57,067 nucleotides of DNA from assembly GCA_913050095.1 (NCBI GenBank), contig CAJXAV010000005.1:1-57067 (forward strand), in the 5' to 3' direction. Below the pieces are notes generated by a model that was not told the DNA's origin, made no database searches, and was given only the letters and a program-made list of their open reading frames with translations. Numbering within the stretch: position 1 is the stretch's first letter; each line of letters starts with the position of its first letter. This DNA is from an uncultured Gammaproteobacteria bacterium. Lineage in GTDB: Bacteria; Pseudomonadota; Gammaproteobacteria; Poriferisulfidales; GCA-002705445. Made by a program: the position numbers and the translations under genes. This document shows, one piece after another, positions 42,782-52,482 of the stretch.

Positions 42782-43837
42782 ATGAAAACAGAATTGTTAA
42801 AAAATAAAATTATTGAATGGAGCGAAGAATTAGGTTTTGATGGTATTGGTTTTACAGATATACATCTTAAAGAAGATGAGGCGCATTTATTAAATTGGCT
42901 TAAAAATAAATTCCATGGGGAAATGTACTACATGGAAAAACATGGGACAAAAAGGTCGCGCCCAGATAAATTAATGCCAGGAGCTATAAGAGTAATATCG
43001 TTTAGAATGAATTATTTAAACAATAATACCTACGAATCTGAAAAGGTTTTAAATAATAAAAACTTAGCATATATCTCAAGGTATGCTTTGGGAAATGACT
43101 ATCATTCAGAGATGAGAAATCGTCTTCATATAATTGCAAAAAAAATCAATAATGAAATAAAAGATTTTAAATATAGAGCCTTTGTAGATTCAGCACCAGT
43201 ATTAGAAAAAGCAATAGCTCAAAAAGCAGGTTTAGGCTGGATTGGAAAAAATACTCTTTTAATAAATAAAAAAAATGGCTCATATTTTTTTTTAGGAGAA
43301 ATATATACAAACATTGATTTTGAAACTGATGAAAAGTCAGAAAGTTATTGTGGAGATTGCAATAAATGCATCACAACCTGCCCGACAAATGCAATTATAG
43401 CCCCTCATGTGCTTGATGCAAAAAAATGTATAGCGTATTTAACAATCGAACTTAAGGGCACCATACCAAAAAAATACAGAGATAGTATAGGAAATAGAGT
43501 TTTTGGGTGCGATGATTGTCAAATTGTATGCCCATGGAATAGATTTAGTTCAGAAACAAAGATCGAGGAATTTGGTCATAACAATAAACTTGATTCCGCT
43601 TCTTTAATTAGTTTATTTAATTGGAGCGAAAAAGAATTCAAAGAAAATACAAAAAATACACCTATTAACAGGATATCTTATTTTCAGTGGCTCAGAAATA
43701 TATCAATAGGTTTAGGTAACTCAAATAAAAGTGTTGATGTGCTTGACTGCCTTGAAAAGAAAAAAAATATTTCAAACGATTCTTTATTGATTGAACATAT
43801 TGATTGGGCTATAAGTAAACAAAAAAAAATTAACTAA
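42782..43837 (+). CDS. queG: Epoxyqueuosine reductase
   Basis: ISRYALGNDYH, VDSAPVLEK, GLGWIGKN, CGDCNKCITTCPT, GCDDCQIVCPWN. Confidence 0.96.
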   Translation: MKTELLKNKIIEWSEELGFDGIGFTDIHLKEDEAHLLNWLKNKFHGEMYYMEKHGTKRSRPDKLMPGAIRVISFRMNYLNNNTYESEKVLNNKNLAYISRYALGNDYHSEMRNRLHIIAKKINNEIKDFKYRAFVDSAPVLEKAIAQKAGLGWIGKNTLLINKKNGSYFFLGEIYTNIDFETDEKSESYCGDCNKCITTCPTNAIIAPHVLDAKKCIAYLTIELKGTIPKKYRDSIGNRVFGCDDCQIVCPWNRFSSETKIEEFGHNNKLDSASLISLFNWSEKEFKENTKNTPINRISYFQWLRNISIGLGNSNKSVDVLDCLEKKKNISNDSLLIEHIDWAISKQKKIN

Positions 43838-45458
43838 GGTATTTCTTAATCAAAACATCTTTTTGCTTTTTATTTTTCATTTTAGAATTTTTTATACTTT
43901 TATATATATCATTTGCTTTAATTTTTCCAATTTCTACTGCCCATTGATCAAAAGAATTTACATTCGATAAAAGGCCTAAAATATAAGTTTTATGCTCATA
44001 AAAAGATAATAGAATGCCAAGTGTTTCAGGAGACATATCCTTTAAAAGTATAGCATTGGTTGGCTTATTACCCTTTAACATTAGATTTTTAACAACAAGT
44101 TTTTTATCTAAATCTAAAGTCGAAAACTTATGATCATAAAGCTTTAAAGCTTCTTCTTTTGTAAAGCCATTATTTAATATTTCAATATGGCTTAGATAAT
44201 TTGAAAATAATTTATCATGATTATCTTGACTGCCAGAATCAGTTTTGCATGAAATTATAAAATCCGATGGAATAAAAGTTTTTCCTTGATGAAGTAACTG
44301 ATAAAAAGAATGCTGTGAGCAATTGCCTGTTGCACCCCAAATTATGTTCCCACTTATATTTTTAAGATTTTTTCCATTTTTATCTACAGATTTTCCATTA
44401 CTCTCCATCTCTAATTGCTGTAAATGCTCTTTAAGAAATCTCAACCTATAGTTATATGGCAATACTAAATGAGTTTGAGCATAAAAGAATCTTGTGTAAT
44501 AAAAAGATAAAAGCGCCATTATTACAGGAATATTTTTATCATAATCCTTTTGAGTAAAATGCTTATCTCCTATTCTTGCACCCTCTAAAAACTTAGAAAA
44601 ATTACTATACCCAACCGCAATAATTAAGCCAATGCTTACTCCGGTCCACAAAGAATACCTACCGCCAATCCAATCCCATAGCTTTATAATACAGTCTTTT
44701 TTGATTCCAAATTTTAAAGCAGAATTATAATTTTCTGTAACGGCTATAAAATTTTTCATAATATCTTTATTAGTGTTATTTTTTCTGAGCCATTTTTTTA
44801 CTTTTCTTGCATTTTCAAGAGTTTCAACCGTTTTAAAACTTTTAGATACTAAAATAAATAAAGTTGTGTCCTTATTTAAGTTTAATAATATGTCGTTTGA
44901 TTCGGTAGAATCTAAGTTTGAAATAAAATGTAAATTAATATTTTTAGCAGAATAGTTTTTTAATGACTCATATATCATTTTTATACCATAATAAGAACCT
45001 CCAGTTCCTATTGAAACCACATCTGTAAAATTTTTATTTTTAAAAGATTTTCTTTTTCCAGAATTTATTTCATTTGAAATTTTTTTTAATAATGCTTTAT
45101 GTTTTTTTATGTCTTCTTTTGTATCACGATCTAATTTATAAAAAGTTCCTCGCATTGCTGGATGCAAAGCTTGGCGTTTTTCTGAGATATTTACTATTTC
45201 TCCAGAACATAAGCTTTTAAAATTTCCTTTTACATCTATTATTTCGACAAGTTTTGTTAAATTTTTAATAGTTTTTGAATCTATTATATTTCTTGAGTAA
45301 TCAAAAAAAATATTTTCTGTGTCTATATTAAAAATTTCTCTAGAATTTTTTTTTTTTAATTTATCACTAGCTTTCGTGCATCGTAATGCGTCTTTTTTTA
45401 TTTTTTGAATTTGAGATAAGAAAATTTTATTCATTTTTCTTAAGAAGTATTTATACAA
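43830..45458 (-). CDS. pgi: Glucose-6-phosphate isomerase
   Basis: SKSFKT.ET, WIGGRYSLW, QQLEMESNGK, QHSFYQLLHQG, FDQW.VE.GK. The start may be 45434. Confidence 0.93.
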   Translation of the reverse strand: MYKYFLRKMNKIFLSQIQKIKKDALRCTKASDKLKKKNSREIFNIDTENIFFDYSRNIIDSKTIKNLTKLVEIIDVKGNFKSLCSGEIVNISEKRQALHPAMRGTFYKLDRDTKEDIKKHKALLKKISNEINSGKRKSFKNKNFTDVVSIGTGGSYYGIKMIYESLKNYSAKNINLHFISNLDSTESNDILLNLNKDTTLFILVSKSFKTVETLENARKVKKWLRKNNTNKDIMKNFIAVTENYNSALKFGIKKDCIIKLWDWIGGRYSLWTGVSIGLIIAVGYSNFSKFLEGARIGDKHFTQKDYDKNIPVIMALLSFYYTRFFYAQTHLVLPYNYRLRFLKEHLQQLEMESNGKSVDKNGKNLKNISGNIIWGATGNCSQHSFYQLLHQGKTFIPSDFIISCKTDSGSQDNHDKLFSNYLSHIEILNNGFTKEEALKLYDHKFSTLDLDKKLVVKNLMLKGNKPTNAILLKDMSPETLGILLSFYEHKTYILGLLSNVNSFDQWAVEIGKIKANDIYKSIKNSKMKNKKQKDVLIKKYLS

Positions 45459-45831
45459 GCTGCATTGCTATACTTGCTGTTTTCTTAATGATGTTATTGT
45501 TAGTATCAAAATATACTAATACTGGCTTATGATTTTTTACTTGATTCTCCGGAACATCTATATATGAACATATAACTAATTTATCTCCTGGATTAGCTTT
45601 GTGTGCAGCTGCCCCATTTACAGATATTATTCCGCTGCCAGGCTGAGCTAAGATTGTATAAGTAGAAAACCTTTCTCCATTTGTAACATTATAGATATCT
45701 ATTTTTTCGTATTCATGTATTGAAGCCTCAGCAAGAATATCACTGTCAATGGCGCAGGACCCGTCATAATCTAATTCCGAGTGAGTTACATGAGCACCAT
45801 GCAATTTTGATTTTAGAAAAGTGAGCGTCAT
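45451..45831 (-). CDS. panD: Aspartate 1-decarboxylase proenzyme
   Basis: KSKLH...YDGS cleavage site, NGERFSTY, NGAAA. Start placed at 45831. Confidence 0.95.
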   Translation of the reverse strand: MTLTFLKSKLHGAHVTHSELDYDGSCAIDSDILAEASIHEYEKIDIYNVTNGERFSTYTILAQPGSGIISVNGAAAHKANPGDKLVICSYIDVPENQVKNHKPVLVYFDTNNNIIKKTASIAMQLV

Positions 45832-45862
45832 ATTTTTACCTTTATGCAATTAAGTTAAATTC

Positions 45863-46699
45863 TTATAAATTTGTCTTAGATTTTACAATAATGTTATCTA
45901 TTAGCCTTACATTACCCAAATATCCAGCTATAAGTGCTATTAGATCATTATCATTTGCTTGCTGCAATGTTTTTAAATCTCTGAATGTAAAATATTCAAT
46001 CTCAATGGGTAATTGCTCAAAAATTTCGTAAATTTTATCTTTTATTTGATCTAATGGGACGTTATCTGCATAAAGTATTGCTGATAACTGTAAAGCCTTA
46101 TAAATTTCAGAAGCCATTTTTTTTTGTTCTGCAGTTAATAAACTGTTTCTTGAGCTTAAAGCCAATCCACTCCCTTTCTCTCGAATCGTTGGAGATGTGA
46201 TAATTTTAATATTATAATTATATATTTCAATCAACTCTTTTATAACAAAAATTTGTTGATAGTCTTTTTCGCCAAGGATTATATTTTTTGGGTTAACGAT
46301 TTGAAATAATCTATGAACAATATCCATGACAGCAAGAAAATGTCCTTTTCTATACTTTCCACAAAGATCATTTGTTAAATACTTTGGCTCAAATTTCGCA
46401 TCAAAAGGGCTAGAATTATTTTCTATATCATCTTTGCATGGATTTAATAAATAGTTAACACCCGCTTTTTCAAGCTTATAGATATCTTCATCTAGTGTTA
46501 TTGGGTAAGAATCAAAATCTTTTTTGTTTGTAAATTGGTTTTTATTTACGTATATACTCACGCATATATTTTTAGAATTTTTTTTTGCTGTATTAATTAA
46601 AGATAAATGCCCCTCGTGAAGATTTCCCATAGTAGGTACAAATGATTCAATATCTAATTGTGAATTACAAAATTCATTAATTGAGTTAAAAATTTTCAT
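45863..46699 (-). CDS. panC: Pantoate--beta-alanine ligase
   Basis: FVPTMGNLHEGH, GEKDYQQ, GLALSSRN, RLIDN. Confidence 0.96.
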   Translation of the reverse strand: MKIFNSINEFCNSQLDIESFVPTMGNLHEGHLSLINTAKKNSKNICVSIYVNKNQFTNKKDFDSYPITLDEDIYKLEKAGVNYLLNPCKDDIENNSSPFDAKFEPKYLTNDLCGKYRKGHFLAVMDIVHRLFQIVNPKNIILGEKDYQQIFVIKELIEIYNYNIKIITSPTIREKGSGLALSSRNSLLTAEQKKMASEIYKALQLSAILYADNVPLDQIKDKIYEIFEQLPIEIEYFTFRDLKTLQQANDNDLIALIAGYLGNVRLIDNIIVKSKTNL

Positions 46700-47463
46700 T
46701 AATTTTTTATATTTTTAACATAATTATAAAATTCTTTAATAGCATCTTTTATGCTTATAGAGCCTGTCAAATAATTCTTAGAAAATTTTGGGGGGTTGCT
46801 AGATATACCAATTACGTCATAAAGGACTTGAACCTGGCCATCGCAAAATTTCCCAGAACCAATTCCTATAACAGGCACTTTTAAAGTATCAGAAATTAAT
46901 TTAGATAATTTCTCATCAACACATTCTAGTAGAATTAGATCTACGCCTAAATTATCCAATAAAATTGCTTGCTCTAGAATACTATTATATTCATTTGAAC
47001 TTTTTCCATAAACTTTAACATCTTCCTTACTTAAAGCATATTGAGGCAAATATCCTAAGTGACAACAAACTGGAATTTCTTTAGAAATTAATTTTTTTAC
47101 AACATCTATGTGATCTTTTTTAAACTCTATTTTTACAATATCTGCATCACAGTCTAATAATTTTGTAGCATTTTTAATAGCTATTGCTGAATCTTCATAA
47201 GAGTCTTTTGGCATATCCGACATTAAAATAAAATTATTTTTATTTTTTGCAACACATGATGTGTGATAAATGGACTCATTTAGTGTGACGTTATGGGTAT
47301 TATGATCACCCATGATTACCATTCCCAAAGAATCTCCTACAAGGACTATATCAATATTTAATTCATCTAATATTTTACTAAACGAGGCATCATAACAAGT
47401 AACGCAAGCGATCTGTTCTTGTTTTTTTTTAAATTCTAAAAGTTTTCTTCTAATTTTACTCAT
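46699..47463 (-). CDS. panB: Ketopantoate hydroxymethyltransferase
   Basis: TCYDASF, LVGDSLGM, VIGIGSG..CDGQVQV. Confidence 0.95.
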   Translation of the reverse strand: MSKIRRKLLEFKKKQEQIACVTCYDASFSKILDELNIDIVLVGDSLGMVIMGDHNTHNVTLNESIYHTSCVAKNKNNFILMSDMPKDSYEDSAIAIKNATKLLDCDADIVKIEFKKDHIDVVKKLISKEIPVCCHLGYLPQYALSKEDVKVYGKSSNEYNSILEQAILLDNLGVDLILLECVDEKLSKLISDTLKVPVIGIGSGKFCDGQVQVLYDVIGISSNPPKFSKNYLTGSISIKDAIKEFYNYVKNIKN

Positions 47464-48112
47464 TTATTATACTAGCCATAGGATTAAAATAATGCTTACC
47501 TTTATCTATAGAATAAATTTTTTCTAATAAATTTTGATAATCTACTTTGTTGTTTACAAAATCAATATCCTCTGCATTAACTATTAGCAAAGGAGACCCT
47601 TCATAGTTATTAAAAAATTTTAAATACATTGAGTTTAGTTTTTCAAGATAGCTATCTGTAATATATTTTTCAAAGCTCCTTCCTCTTTTTTTTATTCTTT
47701 TAATTAATATATCAATTGGTGCTTGCAAATAAATTAAAAGATCTGGCTTTGGTATATCTACAGTCATATAAGAATATAATTGATCATATAAGTCGTACTC
47801 TTCGTTATTAAGTGTGACTTGTGCAAATAGCCTATCTTTTTGAAGCATAAAATCTGAAACTCTTGTTTTATCGAAGATATCTTGCTGTTTTAACGCTTGA
47901 ACCTGCCTTGTTCTTGTTAATAAGAAATAAAGTTGCGTTTGCAAAGATACTTCTCTCTGGTTTTTATAGAATTTTGACAAAAAGGGATTATCGTCAACAT
48001 TTTCCAATATTAAGTCTGCATCCCATTCTAAAGATAGTTTATTTGCTAGACTGGTTTTTCCGACGCCTATAGGCCCCTCAATTACAATATATTTAGAAGT
48101 AATGTCTTTCAT
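47456..48112 (-). CDS. Deoxynucleoside kinase family protein
   Basis: IVIEGPIGVGKTSL, NPFL..FY, KDRLFA, PDLLIYLQAP; between folK and panB. Confidence 0.9.
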   Translation of the reverse strand: MKDITSKYIVIEGPIGVGKTSLANKLSLEWDADLILENVDDNPFLSKFYKNQREVSLQTQLYFLLTRTRQVQALKQQDIFDKTRVSDFMLQKDRLFAQVTLNNEEYDLYDQLYSYMTVDIPKPDLLIYLQAPIDILIKRIKKRGRSFEKYITDSYLEKLNSMYLKFFNNYEGSPLLIVNAEDIDFVNNKVDYQNLLEKIYSIDKGKHYFNPMASIINE

Positions 48113-48621
48113 TTTTTTTCAATTTTTTTTATATCGTTATACAAACAATTATTTATTAAATCTTTAGCAAATCCTTGATTTGGTATATTTATGTCCGGAG
48201 TTATATCTATCAAAGGCAATAATACAAAGGCTCTTTGATATGCATTACTGTGCGGTATTGTCAAAATATCAGATTCGTAAGTTAAGTCACCGTAAACAAT
48301 GATATCAAGATCAATTATTCTCTCAGACCATCTTGTCGAACTTTTTACTCTCCCCATTGAAGATTCAATATCTTTTAATGATGATAATATAACTTCTGGT
48401 GATTCACCACTTTTAAACATAGCTACAATATTTATATAATTGTTCTGATTTTGCGGTCCCATTGGAGCGCTTTCATAGAAGTTAGATATTTTCATACTAT
48501 CAAAATTATCTAAATGAGAAAGAGCTTCAATTGCCCTTTCAATTTGAACAAAAGGTTCATTTAGATTACTTCCTACACCAATATATAAATCTTTAATATT
48601 TTCTTTTATTTCTTCTGTCAT
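48109..48621 (-). CDS. folK: 2-amino-4-hydroxy-6-hydroxymethyldihydropteridine pyrophosphokinase
   Basis: YIGVGSNL, RW.ERIIDLDI, LTIPH, RAFVLLPL. Confidence 0.95.
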   Translation of the reverse strand: MTEEIKENIKDLYIGVGSNLNEPFVQIERAIEALSHLDNFDSMKISNFYESAPMGPQNQNNYINIVAMFKSGESPEVILSSLKDIESSMGRVKSSTRWSERIIDLDIIVYGDLTYESDILTIPHSNAYQRAFVLLPLIDITPDINIPNQGFAKDLINNCLYNDIKKIEKK

Positions 48622-49840
48622 TAAAGTTTCTGCCTTTATCTCTCTTTTTATTTACTACATTTTTTTGAATCTCATACCAATGATCTGCAAATCTTTTTAG
48701 ATCGTCATTTATTAAGGACCTAATATAAAAAAAATCATATGCCGCTCTAAATTTACTAAAGCCAGTTAGATAACTAGCATTTCTTTTACTTAAATTTAAA
48801 AAACTACTTTGTAAAGACCATATAGAAAAGATGGTTGACTGAAAAAAATCTGGTATCGCAATAAATTTTGACTGATCATGGATAACTTTTTTAAATAGTT
48901 CATCCATAGTTTTTGAATTTGAAAAATTCTCTTCTAATTCTTGAAAATACGGCCAAAGGAAGACTGCATATATAAATGATGGATTCACATGCAGACCATC
49001 ATTAATTCGAGAATCAGTATTTTTTATAGCTGCAATTATAAAGTCGTTGTAAATTTCATTGTTTAATAAAATTTTGTATGTAAATGGAAACAAATATTTT
49101 AATAAATCTAATTCTCTCAATTTTTTATAGCCATCTACCCCACTTCCTGAATGCATAATTTTTAATATTTCATCAAATAATCTATATGGAGAAACATCAT
49201 TAATCATGTGTGACATTTTCAAAATTGCTTCTTTGCATTCTTTTGTTAATTTTAAATTAAGTTTAGATTCAAACCGAACAGCTCTTAGCATTCTGACAGG
49301 GTCTTCTTGATAGCTAATTGATGGCTTTTTTATCAACCTTAGTTTTTTTTGGTTTATATCATTCAATCCATTTACATAGTCATGAAGAATCTGACTATCC
49401 AAATCCAGATATAACGAATTAATTGTAAAGTCTCTTCTAAAAGCGTCCTGACTTATACTTCCATATATATTATCTCTTTTAATCATACCTTTTACTTTCT
49501 TGAATTTTTTTTGGTTAATCTTATTTTTTACATCAGATCTAAATGTACTTACCTCAAAATATTTTTTTTCTGAAACATAAACATGAACTATTTTAAATCT
49601 CCTGCCAATAATTTTTGCATGTTTAAATAATTTACAAATCTCAGAAGGGCTAGCATCTGTTGCTATATCAAAATCTTTTGGTGCTTTTCCAAGAAGGATA
49701 TCTCTTATGCAGCCGCCAACTACAAATGCCTGATAACCGTTATTAATTAAAGAGTCTGAAATCAAGTAGACATCAGGATCAATGTCTTTCTTGAAAATTC
49801 CATGATCTTCTTTGGGGTATTGTTCTAAATGCTTTGTCAT
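48593..49840 (-). CDS. pcnB: Poly(A) polymerase I
   Basis: VGGCIRD..KDFDIAT, PAP signature IIGRRFKIVHV, RRDFTIN, EDPVRMLRA, FRAAYDF; upstream of folK. Confidence 0.93.
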   Translation of the reverse strand: MTKHLEQYPKEDHGIFKKDIDPDVYLISDSLINNGYQAFVVGGCIRDILLGKAPKDFDIATDASPSEICKLFKHAKIIGRRFKIVHVYVSEKKYFEVSTFRSDVKNKINQKKFKKVKGMIKRDNIYGSISQDAFRRDFTINSLYLDLDSQILHDYVNGLNDINQKKLRLIKKPSISYQEDPVRMLRAVRFESKLNLKLTKECKEAILKMSHMINDVSPYRLFDEILKIMHSGSGVDGYKKLRELDLLKYLFPFTYKILLNNEIYNDFIIAAIKNTDSRINDGLHVNPSFIYAVFLWPYFQELEENFSNSKTMDELFKKVIHDQSKFIAIPDFFQSTIFSIWSLQSSFLNLSKRNASYLTGFSKFRAAYDFFYIRSLINDDLKRFADHWYEIQKNVVNKKRDKGRNFNDRRNKRKY

Positions 49841-49917
49841 ATTTTCATAAAAATAATTATGTCATATGATATATCAAATATCAGCACATATCACTTTAAG
49901 AATACTTTTTCAAAATA

Positions 49918-50493
49918 CTATAGAAAATCTTTTGTAAGCTCTGATCTAACCCTCTCGTGCAATATACATGATGATTCATATTCTCTATGATTTACACCAA
50001 TTGAAACAGGACTACCTTCTTTAAAATCTTTAATTTGATTTTTATCAAATTCCCATCTTAAAAAATGAACTGCAGAAGTTTTTGTTTCGTCTTCTCTTTC
50101 CAAATCCTCGTCTGCTATTGGATAAACAGGTTCACTGTTTCCAATTTTTATCCAAATATTTTTCTCAACCCCTTTTAGTTTTTGTAATTTTTCTTTTCTT
50201 TCTAAAATGTCAGTATATTCAATTAACATTGTAGCCTTAAGATTATTCCCATCAGGTATTAAAGGATTATATGTATCTAATTCATCTTGAATTAATTCTG
50301 CTTCAAATATTTTTTCTATTCTAAGCATCTCTTGAATTTGATATTTTATTGTTAAGGAATTCTCAAAAAGTAAATTTATATTTGAGCCTAATAAAATTGA
50401 TCTATTTTTTTTTATATCTAATACTTCTTGTTTAAAATTTTTCCTAGCGATAGAGTATTCTTCGAGTTTATATAAATCATCTTTTTTTAACAT
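49918..50493 (-). CDS. DUF3501-family protein
   Basis: FEN..TI.YQIQEMLRIEKIFE, YNPLIPDG.NLKATMLIEY, KTSAVHFLR; third gene of the rubrerythrin cluster. Confidence 0.85.
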   Translation of the reverse strand: MLKKDDLYKLEEYSIARKNFKQEVLDIKKNRSILLGSNINLLFENSLTIKYQIQEMLRIEKIFEAELIQDELDTYNPLIPDGNNLKATMLIEYTDILERKEKLQKLKGVEKNIWIKIGNSEPVYPIADEDLEREDETKTSAVHFLRWEFDKNQIKDFKEGSPVSIGVNHREYESSCILHERVRSELTKDFL

Positions 50494-50511
50494 AGTATTT
50501 CTCCAGATCTT

Positions 50512-51876
50512 TTAAATTTCATATGCAGATTTAAGTATTGAAATTGGATGAAGCTTTATATCAATTGTATTACTATTCAATTCATTACCAATATGTTTTG
50601 CGGCCATGGGGCAATCGCTAGTAAATATTTTATAATTATCTTTTTTTATTTTTGAAATTATAGGCTTTCTGATCTTCACAGAATTCTCAAATGATTCTAA
50701 TTTTATTGCGTACGTTCCATCATGTCCTGAGCATCTCTCAATCATAGTAATTTCAGAGTCTGGTATCTTTGATAATATTGATTTTGTTTTAGGACCAAAA
50801 TTTTGTACTCTTTGATGACATGCAGTTTGATAAACTATCTTTCCAGATGATTTTTTAAAATTATTATTAAATAAACCTTCTTCGTCACGTAAATTTAGGT
50901 ACTCAAATGGGTCAAATATATTTCTTTGAACAAGTTCCACGTCTTTGTCATCTGGAAATAACAGTGGCAGTTCTTGCTTAAACATTAATACACATGATGG
51001 TACTGGTGAAACAATATCATACCCATTTTTTATAGCTTCCACTAAATTGGGAATATTTTTATTCTTTAACTCTTCTACAGATTTTAAATCACCGAGTTCT
51101 AACTTTGGCATTCCGCAGCAATTTTCTCTTTCTAAAACTTCTGTTTTAATATTATTGTGCGTAAATACTTTTATTAAATCTTCTGCTATATCAGGAGTAC
51201 TACTTTTACAATAGCATGAAGCAAATAGTTTTACTTTTCCTTTGGTTTTATTTGTACAAGTAATATTGATTTTTGATTTTTTATTTATTAAATTTGATAT
51301 CCTTTGCAAATTATTAGATACCATTTTTGGGAGATCAGCACTTCTATGTATTTTTAAATTTTTCTCTAAAAAAATTCTTGCGATTTTTATCGAAAATAAA
51401 TAATTTATAAAATTTGAAATTATAGGTTTTGATAGGATCCTGAATACAGTATCTGTTGAACTAAGGATGTAATTTCTTAATTTAATTATTTTTCTAGTAT
51501 CTTTTTGTTGATTTCTAAATTTTTCAGCTTTTGCCCTTAACATTAAATGTGGAAAATCTATTGCCCATTCATGTGGCGGCACATATGGACATTTTGTTTG
51601 GTAACATAAATCACATAAATAACATTCGTTTACAACCTTTTCAAAATCCTTTTGATCTACAGATTCTAAGTCAAAGTTTTTTGACTCATCAATTAAATCA
51701 AATAACGTTGGAAATGCTTGGCATAAGCTCACACACCTTCTGCAGCCATGACAAGCTTCAAATACTCGGGTCAACTCAGCATTAATTAATTCTTTATTAA
51801 AAAAATCTGCTTCTTTCCATCTTATTGCATGTCTTGTTGGCGCAGATAAGCCACCTTCTGTAAAACTTACAGCCAT
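50512..51876 (-). CDS. Fe-S oxidoreductase with 4Fe-4S motifs and CCG domains (GlpC/HdrB-like), rubrerythrin-associated
   Basis: CHGCRRCVSLC, CYLCDLC..KCPYVPPH, CCGMP, ERCSGHDG, SDCP. Start placed at MAVSF (51876), which has a GGAG SD (ORF track 51912). Confidence 0.88.
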   Translation of the reverse strand: MAVSFTEGGLSAPTRHAIRWKEADFFNKELINAELTRVFEACHGCRRCVSLCQAFPTLFDLIDESKNFDLESVDQKDFEKVVNECYLCDLCYQTKCPYVPPHEWAIDFPHLMLRAKAEKFRNQQKDTRKIIKLRNYILSSTDTVFRILSKPIISNFINYLFSIKIARIFLEKNLKIHRSADLPKMVSNNLQRISNLINKKSKINITCTNKTKGKVKLFASCYCKSSTPDIAEDLIKVFTHNNIKTEVLERENCCGMPKLELGDLKSVEELKNKNIPNLVEAIKNGYDIVSPVPSCVLMFKQELPLLFPDDKDVELVQRNIFDPFEYLNLRDEEGLFNNNFKKSSGKIVYQTACHQRVQNFGPKTKSILSKIPDSEITMIERCSGHDGTYAIKLESFENSVKIRKPIISKIKKDNYKIFTSDCPMAAKHIGNELNSNTIDIKLHPISILKSAYEI

Positions 51877-51934
51877 TTTTTCTCCACTCTTTATAATTAA
51901 TATAAGAAACATCCATGTTTCTTTAATATTTAAA

Positions 51935-52351
51935 CTAAGCTACTTCGTCTAATGCCTTTTGGAATCTATTAGCGTGAGACCTTTCGGCTTTTGCTAAAGT
52001 TTCAAACCAATCAGCTATTTCATCAAAGCCTTCATCTCTTGCTGATTTAGCCATTCCTGGGTACATATCTGTATACTCATGTGTCTCACCTGCAATAGCT
52101 GTTTCTAAATTAGCTATTGTATCCCCAAAAGGTTTTCCTGTAGCAGGATCACCACAATCCTCAAGATACTCTAAGTGTCCGTGAGCATGGCCTGTTTCTC
52201 CTTCTGCAGTTGATCTAAATACAGCTGCAACATCGTTATATCCCTCTACATCTGCTTTTGCTGCAAAATAAAGATATCTCCTGTTAGCTTGTGACTCACC
52301 TGCAAATGCATCTTGCAAGTTCTTTTCTGTTTTTGAACCTTTTAAATCCAT
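51935..52351 (-). CDS. Rubrerythrin, short form without a rubredoxin domain
   Basis: AFAGESQANRRYLYFA, EGETGHA, GETHEYTDMYPGMA, AERSHA; 138 aa, no C-terminal CxxC. Confidence 0.95.
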   Translation of the reverse strand: MDLKGSKTEKNLQDAFAGESQANRRYLYFAAKADVEGYNDVAAVFRSTAEGETGHAHGHLEYLEDCGDPATGKPFGDTIANLETAIAGETHEYTDMYPGMAKSARDEGFDEIADWFETLAKAERSHANRFQKALDEVA

Positions 52352-52412
52352 GATTTTCTCCTAAAATTTATAAACTTCATCTTCGATTATCCATCTAATA
52401 CTTATTGAAACA

Positions 52413-52450
52413 ATAAGTTTAAAGCTATATTATATATAGAAAATATCTAT
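52413..52450. promoter_or_regulatory. OxyR binding site in the divergent rubrerythrin/oxyR promoter
   Basis: ATAA(52413)...CTAT(52425)-N7-ATAG(52436)-N7-CTAT(52447): three of the four tetramers of ATAG-N7-CTAT-N7-ATAG-N7-CTAT are exact and correctly spaced. Confidence 0.7.
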
Positions 52451-52482
52451 TAATAAAAATTTAAGATAAGATTTACAAATAT

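Noticed and set aside
49867-49893. ATATCA repeats upstream of pcnB
   Set aside because: Short, irregularly spaced and expected by chance at this AT content.
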